This document shows positions 12,935 to 25,200 of a stretch of DNA of 64,000 bases, piece after piece. The notes beneath the pieces are model-generated. The model made no database searches. It was not told the origin of the DNA and was given only the letters and a program-made list of their open reading frames with translations. The stretch lies in the NCBI RefSeq assembly GCF_009914755.1, contig NC_060925.1; one strand, 5' to 3'. Position numbers and translations under genes: made by a program. The stretch is from the human T2T-CHM13v2.0 reference genome, Homo sapiens. Each line of letters opens with the position of its first letter. The first letter of the stretch is position 1.

Positions 12935-13322
12935 TGACGTGGTTTAGGTCTGTGTGCCCGACCAAAAATTGTGTCGAAGTGTAATCCCCAATATTGGAGG
13001 TGGGGCCTGGTGGCAGGTGATTTGATCATTGGGGTGGATTTCTTGTGAATGGTTTAGTACCATCCCGTTGGTGCTGTTCTCGTGATAGTGAGTTCCTGTG
13101 AGATCTGGTTATTTAAAAGTGTGTGGCACTTCCCCTCACTTCTCTTGTTCCTGCTCCCACCATGTGAGATGCCTCCAGCTGAGCCTCCCTGGAAGCCCAG
13201 CAGATACTAGCGTCATACTTCCTGTACAGCCTGCACAACTATGAGCCAATTAAACCTCTTTTCTTAATAAATTACCCAGTCTCATGTATTTCTTTATAGC
13301 AATGAGAAAACAGACTTATATA
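12935..13322 (+). mobile_element. MST (MSTA-like) solo MaLR LTR
   Basis: TGACGTGGTTTAGGTCTGTG...TGTAATCCCCAATATTGGAGGTGGGGCCTGG...AATTACCCAGTCTCATGTATTTCTTTATAGCAATG. Confidence 0.88.
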
Positions 13323-14114
13323 TAATCTTTGGTGAGGAATCTGATCAAATCTTTTGCCCATTTTTTAATTAGTTCATTTGCCTTCTTACATTAAATCTTG
13401 AGAGTTATTTATATATTTTGGATACAAGTTTATTCAAATATATCATATAGATGATATATCAGATATATGATTTGCAAGTATTTTCTCTGTAGCTTGCATT
13501 TTCTTTCTTTCAAGGAATAGAAGTTTTTAACTTTGATGAATTTCAATATATCATATTTCCTCTATAGATCATGCTTTCAGTGCTGTGTCTAAGAAATCTT
13601 GGCCTAATCCAAAGCAGCAAAGATTTTCTTTCTATGTTTCCTTCTAGAAGTTCTATAGTTTTAGGTTTCAGGTTTAGGTCTATGATCCATTTTTGGTGAA
13701 TTTGTGTAAATGGTGTTAAGGAATGGATTGAGGTTCCTTTTCTTCAACTTTTGCTAAAAAGACTTGAAATTAGTTGTTCAAAAATTGGTGGGTGTACTTC
13801 TGGGCGCTCCATTTTTTTCTACTGATTCATTTCTTTATCTTTGCACTAGTACCACTAGTCTTGCTTACTTTAGCATTATAATAAACCTTAAAATCAGGTA
13901 GTGTTAGTCCTCTAACTTTGTTCTTTTTCAACATTGTTTTGGCTATTCTAGGTCTTTGCATTTCAAAGTAAATTTTATAATTGTTTTTATCAATACCTAC
14001 AAAAGAGACTTTCAGGATTATGATCGGAATTTCATTAAATCTATACATTAATGGAGGGGGCAGGGTGAATTTTCTGACCCATGAGCAAGACATTTCTATT
14101 TATTTATTAGTTAG

Positions 14115-14412
14115 TTTTTGTTTTGTTTTTGAGACAGAGTCTCGCTCTGTCGCCTAGGCTGGAGTATAGTGGTACGATCTTGGCTTACTGCAACCTCTGC
14201 CTCCCAAGTTCAAAGCATCCTCATGCCTCAGCCTCTTGAGTAGCTGAGATTACAGGCATGTGCCATTACACCTGGTTAATTTTTGTATTTTTAGTAGAGA
14301 TGGGATTTTGCCATATTGGCCAGCCTGGTCTCGAACTCCTGGCCTTAACTGATCTGCCTGCCTTGGCCTCCCAAAGTGCTGAAATTACAGGCATGAGCCA
14401 CTGCACTCAGCT
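14115..14412 (-). mobile_element. AluS (Sx/Sz-like)
   Basis: Full dimer with T-rich tail. Confidence 0.92.
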
Positions 14413-14899
14413 CATATCTCTCTATTTAGGCTTTCTTTAATTTCTCTCACCACTATTTTGTAGTTTTCAATGTGCAAGTCTTTCACAACCTTTGTTAGTT
14501 CATGTTTTCTGCTGCTATTGTAAATAATATTTTTACTAGTATGTAGAGATACTTTTGTATATTGATCTTGTGTCTTGTGACCTTGCTAAAGTCATTAGTT
14601 CTAGTAAGTTTCTTTGTAGATTTCCATGGATTTTCTACGTAGATTATCATGTCTGTGAATTGTTGTTCCTTCCTACTTAGTCTGTCTGCCTGTTACTCTT
14701 TTTCTTGCCTCATTGCAATGGCTAGAACATCTAACCCAATGTTGAACAGAAGTGGAAGAAGTGGACATTGTGATCTTGTTTTTGATATTAGGAGGAAAGT
14801 ACTCTCTGTAGAGGGAGAATATTTGGAGCTTACCTCCAGCCTCTCCAGATCCTTTTCTTTGAAGCTTTTGACTGTAACACATATCCTTTAATGCTGTCA

Positions 14900-16580
14900 C
14901 TATGATGTATCCTTTTTTATATAGCTAACAATTTTCCTTTCGTCTGAAGGACACCTTTTAGCATTTACTGTAGTGCTGATGATCCACTGATGATGAATTC
15001 TTTCAGTTTTTTATATCTAGAAAGTCTTTATTTCACCTTTGTTTTTTAAAGATTTTTTTCTGGGTATAGAATTCTAAATATAGAATTTTAGGTTGACTTT
15101 TTTTTCTTTCAGTAATTTAACGATGTTGCCTCACAGTGAATTCATTTGCAATTTCCAATAAAAATTATACTGTCATCCTTATCTTTGTTCCTCCACATGT
15201 ATCATGTCTTTCTTCTTTGGCTGCTTTTTATGATTTTCTCTTTATCATTGGTTTTGAGCACCTTGATTATGATGCACATGGGTGTAGTTTTCTTCATGTT
15301 TCCTATGCTTGGGGTTTGTTGAGCTTCCTGAGTCTATGAGTTTTGAGTTTTCATCAAATTTGGAAAATGTATTTTTAAGAGTTTATTTTTCTATTTCCTC
15401 TTTTCTCTTCTCCTTTGGAGACTCATTACACACACATTAGGATGTTTGAAATTGTCCCACAGCTCACTGATGCCCTTTCCTCTTTTTAATTCTCTTCTCT
15501 CTGTGCCTCATTTAGGATCATTTCTATTGCTATGTCTTCAAATTCACTACTCTTTTATTCTTCAATGTCTAATCTTCTGTGAGTCCACTGCAGCTTTTAT
15601 CTTTAGAGTTCAATGTGTTTTGTTTTAATTTTGTTTTTCAAAATATCTTTCATGTTTCACCTTAACTTTATAAACATATAAAATGTAATTCTGATAACTT
15701 TAGTGTCCTTGTCTAATAATTCTAACATTGTATAAATTCTGAGTTGTTTCAATTGGGTGATAAGTTTTCCAAATACGGTTTGGATTTTCTTGTTTCTTTG
15801 ACTTGTAACTTTTAACCGACTACCAGACATTGTAAATTTTGTTTCATTGGGTGCTGGATATTTCTGTACTCCTACAAGTATTCTTGAGCTTTGTTCTGAG
15901 ATGGTTGGAAACAGTTTTATCCTTTCAGGTTTGTTAGGCTGGCCCAGAGCAATACTCAGTGGAGAGCTACTTATTCTCCAGTGAGGCAAGACCCTACTGT
16001 GCACTGTAGCAAATGTCCTGTGAATTATGGGGTTTTCCAGTCTGGATGGTGGGAATGGGCATTACTCTCAGCCTTGTGTGAGCATTGGGCACCGGTTCCT
16101 CTAATATGTTTAGGGATTTCTTTCCTGAGCTTCACCCAGTTTCCTCACAGGCAAGTGGTAATCTGTACTCATCTGAATACTTGAGAGGAACCCTTTGTAG
16201 ATCTCTGAAGTTCTCTCTCTTTGCAGGTCTCTGCTCTCCAGTACTCTGTCCTATGACTCTGGCCATCTTAGTCTCCCTGGACTCTCAGCTCTGTCTCCTC
16301 AACTCAGAGCCCACTGCACTCTCCTGCATTTCCCCTCTTAGCACTTCATCCTGGAAATTCCCTCAAGACAGTAAGCTGGGGCAACTGTAGGGCTCATCTT
16401 GCTTGTTTCCTGTCTCTTGGGGTTACTGTCTTTTTTTCCCCAATGTCCAGCATCCTGAGAACTATTGTGTCCTGTATGTTGTATGTTGTCCTTTTTCTAA
16501 TTAATTAATTTTTTTTTTTTGGTTGTCACAGGTAGTAAGAAGAATCTGGTTCCTGTTACTCCATCTTGATTAGAAATAGA
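14900..16580 (-). mobile_element. Ancient L1M ORF1 and 5'UTR remnant
   Basis: L1M-type 5' terminus CCTGTTACTCCATCTTG near 16552-16568; ORF1-like antisense text. Confidence 0.7.
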
Positions 16581-16677
16581 AATTCCCACAATCTATTTTG
16601 ACCCCTGTTTTATAGCTTCAAGGTAATGTAAGTAATACAATTTTTAAATAAATGGTGTCATTGATCAAGATTTTTAG

Positions 16678-17011
<334 letters not shown>

Positions 17012-17308
17012 TATTTTTCTTATATTATGTCATTCAGGGACTGTGTCCTTTGATTCTAACCAATGCAGGATTTTTTTTATCCATATGTATCGAACAAGGT
17101 CAATAATAAAAGAAATGATTGAATTTGCATTGGAAAATAAATATTTCCTTCTCCTCATACTTCTTGGAGAATGTTTTAACAGTCTCCAGCCAAAGTTTGA
17201 AACTTCTTAATTTAAAACTTTTTCTTTTCACTCATTCTCAGTTTTTGTGGAGAAGTAGCAAATAGGCTTCCACTCATGTACCAACCCTCACTAATTTGGT
17301 GCTTTGGG

Positions 17309-17400
17309 TTTTTTTTTTTTTTTTGAGACAGGGTCTCACTCTGTCACCTAGGCTAGAGTGCAGTAACTTGATCACAGCTCACTGCAACCTTTACCTGCCT
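17309..17400 (-). mobile_element. Truncated Alu right-arm fragment
   Basis: Poly-T then GAGACAGGGTCTCACTCTGTCACCTAGGCTAGAGTGCAGT, ending abruptly. Confidence 0.88.
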
Positions 17401-17787
17401 GGTCCCTGACTTATTTTTTATGGCCACCAGATGCTGTATGTTCTATATTTTTTTAGTACTATTTCTACCTTTTTATATTAAATTTTTTTAAATTTCTGAA
17501 TTATAACTTTTTCTGGTATGAGAGATAATAGTTACTTTTCAGTGAATAGCCAATTGTCTAGCAATAATTATTAAATTGATGTAAATGTCAATTTTATCAT
17601 ATGGTGAAATCCCATAGATATGGCTATTTTGTTTTTAAACTCTTCTCTGTTCTACTGTTCCTCTTTTATGTAGTCAAAACTATATTGATAGTAATGATAA
17701 AAATGGCTTTAGAGTTATAATGTCTAGATTAGAATTATATTTTCATTATTTACTGGCTATTTAATTTTTTGCAAATGTATCTTTTCT

Positions 17788-17935
17788 AGGCCTCAGTTTC
17801 TTCCTCTAAGTATTAGGTCTTAAAAATGCTATCTACTTCATAAGGTTTGGAAGATAATTAAATGACATCAGGTATGTAAAACATAGCACAGTGTCCAGCA
17901 CACAGTAAGCCTTCAATAAATGTCATTAAAAACAA
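17788..17935 (+). mobile_element. MIR SINE fragment
   Basis: GCCTCAGTTTCTTC...AATTAAATGA...AGCACAGTGTCCAGCACACAGTAAGC..CAATAAATG. Confidence 0.75.
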
Positions 17936-18370
17936 TAATAGTAATAAAGCTTTATAGTGTGTTTTCATACCTAGTAGGTAAGTCCTCTCATGTTATACTT
18001 TTTCAAAAAAAAATTTATTTGCTTGTTTCACCTGTTACCAACCCCATTGCCTCTGTGTTAAGTAAGAGTGACTCTCCAAGATCCACCACAAGATTGCAGG
18101 AGAAATGCAGAATGGTGGGAACAGATCTTCCAGAGTCACTTTGTTACTAACATTCAGTCAACTGTAGGGAGGAGAGTGGAAGGGACAAATATAGTCTTTC
18201 TGTGATCGGTATGCCTTCTCTCACTCAAACAACACAGCTCACAATGATTAGCAACAGTTCTAGAAAAAAGTGGCCTTTTTTTTGACACGTCTTTTCAGAG
18301 AATGCTTTCTTGCTACTTCTCCCCAGCTTTGCAGTTAAATAATTACATTCTTCAGAAATCCTCTTGCTTC

Positions 18371-19294
18371 TATAAACTAAAAATAAAATCCTAAGTCCCT
18401 CAAACTGACTGGATGGACCCTGCCCCCTTGGCCAAGGGGACTCCGGAGAAACCTTACAAATTTAGTTCCCAGCCATGACAGGATGGGAGGCCCGACACCC
18501 CTTGTTACACCCGCCTCCTTTTGTGGTTTAGACACAACTGACCAGCAGTAATGTCAAAATAGATATCATATGACTGACAGAATGGACTTTTTGTGGAAAT
18601 AAGATACCAGATTATAAATAGGACCTAAGGCCATGCCAGAGAAAGATTAAATCATACACCCTACAGTTAAAGAATAAACTACGTGCAAAGTGCTACAAGG
18701 TTTTTCTTTTTCTCTAGAAGCTAAACAAGCACTGGCCTTGAAATAAACAATATTAAAACAATTGCAACTCACCACCAGATGCTCACTAACTGACACCCTG
18801 TTCCACGAGCCTTGATTGGACAACAGACTGATTTCTGTAACTTTCTTCTGATGAGAGATCACTTATTATGAACTGGTTCTGGTGGGTTTTACAGAGACTG
18901 CACACTGGAATGCCTTCGTGTCCCTGCTTCACCTTTTGGCCTAGCTGTAATACATTTAAATGTTAATCTTCCACCCCTAAGTGAACATGGGTGGTGTGTA
19001 ATATGCATGAGGACCACCTTCATGAATATTAATAGCTCCTCCTGTAACCTGTTGAATATGTATACTTGGCCAACCCATTCAAAAGGAATCCCTGTTCCAT
19101 CCGCCTCTGCCTCAAAGTGCTTTTTTTAGATGGTGGTTGTGCTTCCTGCCTGGAGGTTGTAATCTCCTTCTTAAGAAATAAAGCTCATAAGCTCATCCAA
19201 CTGAATGATGAGGAACCAAAAAAGAAAAAAAGGAAATAAATCTCTCTTTTTCTAAATTTATACATTGTTATACATAGTGATTTTTAAGTTAATA
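18371..19294 (+). mobile_element. Solo ERV1 LTR, MER4 family (MER4D/E-like), with 4-bp TSD CTTC
   Basis: Starts TATAAACTAAAAATAAAATCCTAAG (MER4 TGTAAACCAAAAATAAAATTCTAAG), ends TTTTAAGTTAATA; CTTC at 18367-18370 and 19295-19298. Confidence 0.85.
19187..19230 (+). other. Tiny poly(A)-tailed retro-insertion (31 nt plus A tail) inside the MER4 LTR
   Basis: Flanked by AAGAAATAAAGCTC (19173-19186) and AGGAAATAAATCTC (19231-19244); target reads TT|AAGAAA. Confidence 0.65.
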
Positions 19295-19466
19295 CTTCTT
19301 ATCATCCCTTTACTCTCATCATGTTTAGCACAAACTAGCCATTGTCTGTTCTGTCATTGCAGAATTACATACTATACTGAATAATTTGGAGAGAAATTTA
19401 CCTCACCAGATCCTAGCTAGGAATAGGCACGTCTGTCCATTTATTTATTTTGTTCCTTAGCAAAGG

Positions 19467-20153
19467 TTTTTTTTTGTTGTTGTTGTTTTGTTTGTTTTTA
19501 CTTTAAGTTTTGGGATACATGTGCAGAATGTGCAGGTTTGTTACATAGGTATACATGTGCCATGGTTGTTTGCTGCACTTAACCCATCATCTAGGTTTTA
19601 AGCCCCATATGCATTAGGTATTTGTCCTAATGCCCTCCCTCCCCTTGCCCCCACCCCCCAACAGGCCCCAGTGTGTGATGGTCCCCTCTCTGTGTCCATG
19701 TGTTCTCATTGTCCAACTCCCACTTATGAGTGAGAACATGCAGTGTTTGGTTTTCTGTTCCTGTGTTAGTTTGCTAAGAATGATGGTTTCCAGCTTCATC
19801 TATGTCCCTGAAAAGGACATGAACTCATTCCTTTTTATGGCTGCATAGTATTCCATGATGTATATGTGCCACGTTTTCTTTATCCAGTCTATCATTGATG
19901 GGCATTTGGGTTGGTTCCAAGTCTTTGCTATTGTAAATAGTGCTGCAGTAAGCATATGTGTGTGTGTGTCTTTATAGTAGAATGATTTATAATCCTTTGT
20001 GGGTATATACCCAGTAATGGGATTGCTAGGTCAAATGGTATTCCTGGTTCTAGATCCTTGAGGAATTGCCACACTGTCTTCCACAATGGTTGAACTAATT
20101 TACACTCCCACCAACGGTGTAAAAACTTCCTATTTCTCCACAGCCTTGCCAGC
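19467..20153 (-). mobile_element. 5'-truncated L1PA (L1PA8-like) 3' end
   Basis: L1PA 3'UTR with CATCTAGGTTTTAAGCCCC; TSD CCTTAGCAAAG at 19455 and 20154. Confidence 0.9.
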
Positions 20154-20254
20154 CCTTAGCAAAGTTTTAATAGTGCTCTAACTTCCCTTATCCCTTCCTT
20201 TCTCTCTCTCTTTCTTCTTTATTTCCTTTCTTCCATGTTATATAGAGTTAAATA

Positions 20255-23200
20255 TTTTTTAATTTTTGTGGGTACATACTAAGCATATATATTTATGAGG
20301 TACATGAGATGTTTTGATGCAGGCATGCAATGTGAAATAAGCACTTCATGGAGAATAAAATACCCATCCCCTGAAGCATTTATCCTTTGAGTTACAAATA
20401 ATCCAGTTATACACTTTAAGTTATTTTTAAAATGTACAGTTGTTATTGTTGACTACATTCACCCTTCTGTGCTATCAAATACTAGATCTTATTAATTCTT
20501 TCTATTTTTTGTACCCGTTAACCATCCCTACCTACCCCCGGCCCAACCTCCCACTACCCTTCCTAGCCTCTGATAACCATCCTTCTACTCTTTATGTCCA
20601 TGAGTTAAATTGATTTGATTTTTAGATCCCACAAATAAGTGAGAACATGTGATGTTTGTCTTTCTGTGCCTGGTTTATTTTACTTAACATAATCACCTCC
20701 AGTTCCATTCATGTTGCTGCAGATGATTAGATCTCATTCTTTCTATGGCTAAACAGTACTCCATTGTGCATATGTACCACATTTTCTTTATCCATTCACC
20801 TATTGATGGACACTTCGGTTGCTTCCAAATATTAGCTATTGTAAACAGTGCTGCAACAAACATAAGAGTGGAGATATCTCTTCAATATACTAATTTCCTT
20901 TCTTTTGGGTATATACCCAGTAATGGGATTGCTGGATCATATGATAGCTCCATTTTTAGTGTTTTGAGGAACCTCCAAACTGTTCTCCATAGTGGTTGTA
21001 CTAATTTACATTCTCACCAACAGTGTACAATGGTTCCCTTTTCTCCACATCCTCACCAGCATTTGTTATTGCCTGTCTTTTGGATATAAGCCATTTTAAC
21101 TCAGGTGAGATGATTTCTCATTATAGTTTTGATTTGCATTTCTCTGATGGTCAGTGCTGCTGAGCAGTTTTTCATATGCCTTTTGCTCATTTTTTATTGG
21201 GTGATTAAATTTTTCCCATATAGTTGTTTGAGCTCCTTACAGATTCTGATTATTATTCCTTGTCAGATGGGTAGTTTGCAAATATTTTCTCCCATTCTGT
21301 GGTTGTCTTTTTATTAATTGTATCCTTTGCTGTACAGAAGATTTTTAACTTGATATGATCCCATTTGTCTAATTTTGCTTTAGCTCCCTGTGTTTGTGGG
21401 GCATTGCTTAAGAAATCTTTGCCCAGACCAATGTCTAGGAGATATCCCCCAATGTTTTCCCATAGTAGTTTCATAGTTTGAAGTCTTATATTTATAAGCA
21501 TTTAATCCATTTTGATTTGATTTTTGTATATGGCAAGATAGAGGTCTAGTTTCATTCTTTGGCATATGGATATCCAGTTTTCCCAAAATCATTTACTGAA
21601 GATACTATCTTTTTCCCAGTGTATGTTCTTGGCACCTTTGACAAAAATGAGTTCACTGTAGGTGTGTGGATTTATTTCTGGGTTCTCTATTCTGTTCCAT
21701 TGGTCTATGTGTCTTTTGTTACGCCAATACCATGCTATTTTGGTTACCATATCTCTGTAGTATATTTTGAAGTCAGATAATGTGATTCCTCCTGTTTTGT
21801 TGTTTCTGTGTAGGATAGCTTTGGCTATTCTGGGTCTTTCGTGGTTCTATGTAAATTTTAGGATTTTTTTCTATTTCTGTGAATAATGTCATTGGTACTT
21901 TGATAGGGATGGCATTAAATCTGTAAACTGCTTTGGGTAGTATGGACATTTTAACAATATTGATTCTTCCAATTCAGGAACATGAAATATTTTTCAATTT
22001 TTTGTTGTCCTCTTCAATTTTTTCTTTAGTGTTTTATAGTTTTCATTACAGAGATCTTTCATTTCTTTGGTTAACTCCTAGGTATTTAATTTTATGTGTG
22101 GCTGTTGTAATTGGGATTACTTTTTTATTTCTTTGTTTAGGTGGAGTCATTAGGTTATTCCAAATATAACATCATATCATCTGCGAACAAGGATAATTTG
22201 ACTTCTTGTTTTCCAATTTGGACTCCCTTTATATCTATCTTTCTCTTGTCAGATTGCCCTAGATAGGGCTTCCAGAACTATGTTGAATAACAGTGGTGAC
22301 AGTGGACATCTTGTCATGTTCAGGATTTTAGAGGAAAGGCTTTCAGTTTTTCCCCATTCAGTATGATACTAGCTGTGGGTCTGTCACATATGGTGTTTAT
22401 TATGTTGAAGGGTGTTCCTTCTATACCAAGTTTTTAGAGGACTTTTATCATGAAGAGATGTTTAATTTTATCAAATGCCTTTTCAGCATCATTTGAAATG
22501 ATCATATGGTTTTTATCCTTCATTCTGTTGATATCACATTTATTAATTTGCATATGTTGAACCGTCCTTGCATCCCAGGGGTAAATCCCACTTTGTCATG
22601 ATGAATAATCTTTCTAAAGTATTGTTGAGTTTGGTTTTCTAGTATTTTATTGAGGATTTCTGCATCAATATTCATCAGCAACATTGCCCTGTAGTTTTCT
22701 TTTCTTTTCTTTTTTATTTTTTTTAATGTGTCTTTGTCTGGTTTTGGTATTAAGGTAATACTGGCCTTGCAGAATGAGCTTGGAAGGATTCCCTCACTCC
22801 TGCATTTTTCTGAATAACTTGAGTAGGATTAGTATTAGTTCTTCTTTAAATGTTTGGTAAAGTTCAACAGTGAATCCATCAGGTCTCCAGTTTTTCTTTA
22901 CTGGAAGACTTTTTATTAAGGCTTCAATCTCATTACTTGTTATTGGTCTGTTCGGGTTTTGGATTTCTTCCTGCTTCAATCTTGGTAGGTTGTATGCATC
23001 TAGTACTTTGTCTATTTCTTCTAGATTTTCCAATTTGTTGGCATATAGTTTCTCATAGCAGCCACTAATGATCCTTTGAATTTCTGTGGTATCATTTGTA
23101 ATATCTCCTTTTTTATTTCTGATTATATTTATTTTGATCGTCTTTTTTTTTCTTAGTCTGGCTAAAGGTCTGTCGATTTTCTTTAAGTTTTCAAAAAACC

Positions 23201-24274
23201 GACTTTTTGTTTCACTGCTTTTTCATTTCAAATTCATTTATTTCCACACTAATCTTTACTATTTCTTCTACTAATTTTGGGTTTAGTTTGCTCTTGCTTT
23301 TCTAATTCTTTAAGATGCATCATTAGACTGTTCATTTGAAGTTTTTCCTCTTTTTTGGTGTAGGCAGTTATAGCTGTAAACTTCCCTGTTAATACTGCTT
23401 TTGCTGTATCCCATAGGTTTTGGTATGTTGTGTTTCTATTATCATTTGTTTCAAAAAAGTTTCCAATTTCCTTCTTAATTTCTTCATTGATCCACTGGTC
23501 ATTCGGGAGCATATTGTTATATTTCCATGTATTTGTATAGTTTTCAAAATCCTCTTGTTACTAATTTCTAGTTTTATTCCATTGTGGTTAGAGAAGACAC
23601 TTGATATTATTTCAATTTTTTAATGTTTTAAGATTAGTTTTATGACCTTACCTATGGTCTGTCTTGAGAATGATCCATGTGCTGGAGAAAACAATGCATA
23701 TTCTGCAGCTCTTGGATAAAATGTTGTGTAAATATCTATTAGGTCCATTTGGTCTCTAGTGCAGATTAAACTGATATTTGTTGACTTTCTGTCTGGAAGA
23801 TCTGTCCAATGCTGGAAGTGGGGTGTTGAAATCTCCATCTGTTATTGTATTGGAGCTTATCTCTCTCTTTAGCTCTAATAACATTTCCTTTATATATCTA
23901 GGTGTTCCAGTGTTGGGTGCATATATATTTAAAATTCTTATATCCTCTTGATGAATTGACCACTTTATCATTACATAGTGACCTTCTTCATCTCTTCTTA
24001 TAGTTTTTGTCTTGAAATCTATCTTGTCTGATATAAGTATAGCGACTCCTCCTCTTTTTTGGTTTCCATTGGCATGGAGTATTTTTCCATCCCTTTATTT
24101 TCAGTCTATACATGTCTTTACAGGCGAAGTGTGTGTGTGTGTGTGTGTTTAGTAGGCAACAGATCAATGGGTCTTGTTTTCTCATCCATTCAGCCAGTCT
24201 CTGTGTCTTTTAATTGGAGAGTTTAGTCCATTCACATTCGATGTTATTATTAAGTAAGGACTTACTCCTGCCAT
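20255..24274 (-). mobile_element. L1MA (L1MA1-3-like): decayed ORF2 and 3'UTR
   Basis: Minus-strand ORFs with L1 ORF2 peptides ([49 protein letters not shown]); L1MA 3' end; ORF2 ATG at 24274-24272. Confidence 0.93.
24129..24148. repeat. (GT)10 microsatellite within L1 ORF2
   Basis: Directly visible. Confidence 0.9.
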
Positions 24275-24369
24275 GGAAACTCCTTCTGCACACATGCTTC
24301 TATAACCAGAATAGGGAGCAGTAGCGGTCTCCAGCCAGAAATAATTACTCTGACCTTAAAGGAAACACA

Positions 24370-24495
24370 GCATTTCTGGCTGCAACCTATTGGCTAAAAC
24401 AAGCCACCTCAAATGTAAATGTCAAAGGGGTGGAATAGTGCAATCTATAAGATGCCTGGAAGAAGAAGAAGTGAAATATTCTGAATAGTGTTACT
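24370..24495 (-). mobile_element. Old MLT1-type LTR fragment
   Basis: CTATTGGCTAAAACAAG...AAGGGGTGGAATAGTGCAATC...GAAATATT. Confidence 0.4.
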
Positions 24496-24519
24496 GTTTC
24501 TTTGTCTTATTCTTCACTT

Positions 24520-25200
24520 TAATGAGAAAGCCTCTAGGTTTTAGTACCAGGCATAATATTTGTTTTTGTAGTTGCTGATTTGTGTAAAAAGTCTTTTTTA
24601 TCATAGTAAGCGAGTTATCTTTTCTTGCCATGTGTTTTTATCAGGAAGGAATGGCAAATTTTATATTTTAATATTTATAGAAATAAATATATTTTATTAT
24701 ATTTTTCCCTTTGAATCTGTTATATAGTTAATTATATTAATGGACTTCCTATTTCAAACTATTCTTGCATCACAGAGGGAAAACCCTACTAAATCACAGT
24801 TTATTATCACATTCTGTTATTTGTTAATGCTCTGGATTTGATATATTTAAAGTTTTGGGGGGACTTTTTCATCATCATATCTGAGATTGGGCTACATGCT
24901 TTGATATTTTTGTGCCATCTTTGTTGATGATCTATTATAGGAGTCAGATAAATCTACTGGATCTGGTACCTCTAAAAAGTAAATTTTAAATATTTTAAAA
25001 TTCTTTTATGGTTATTGATTTATTCAGATTGTTGTCCTTTTCTTAATTTTGGTTAGCATAAACAATCTATTCCATCTAGATTTTTCTTGAATGCCAAAGT
25101 TGTACATGGTCATTTTACTTATATTTTTAATCTTTATCTATGTTTATGTATATTTTTTCACTCACAATATTTGCTTTTCTGTTCTAGATGAATGTGTATT
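24520..25200 (-). mobile_element. Highly degenerate L1ME-type fragment
   Basis: T-rich; TTCTTGCATCACAGAGGGAAAACCCTAC matches antisense ORF2. Confidence 0.5.

Larger units (their letters stand above)
12215..14805 (-). mobile_element. L1MC-type LINE-1 3' UTR and ORF2 C-terminal remnant, interrupted by an MST LTR and an Alu
   Basis: L1M 3' end TTTATTCAGGTATAATTCACATA; ORF 13827-14093 YRFNEIPI..RPRIAKTMLKKNKVRGLTLPDFKVYYNA is L1 ORF2. Confidence 0.85.
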
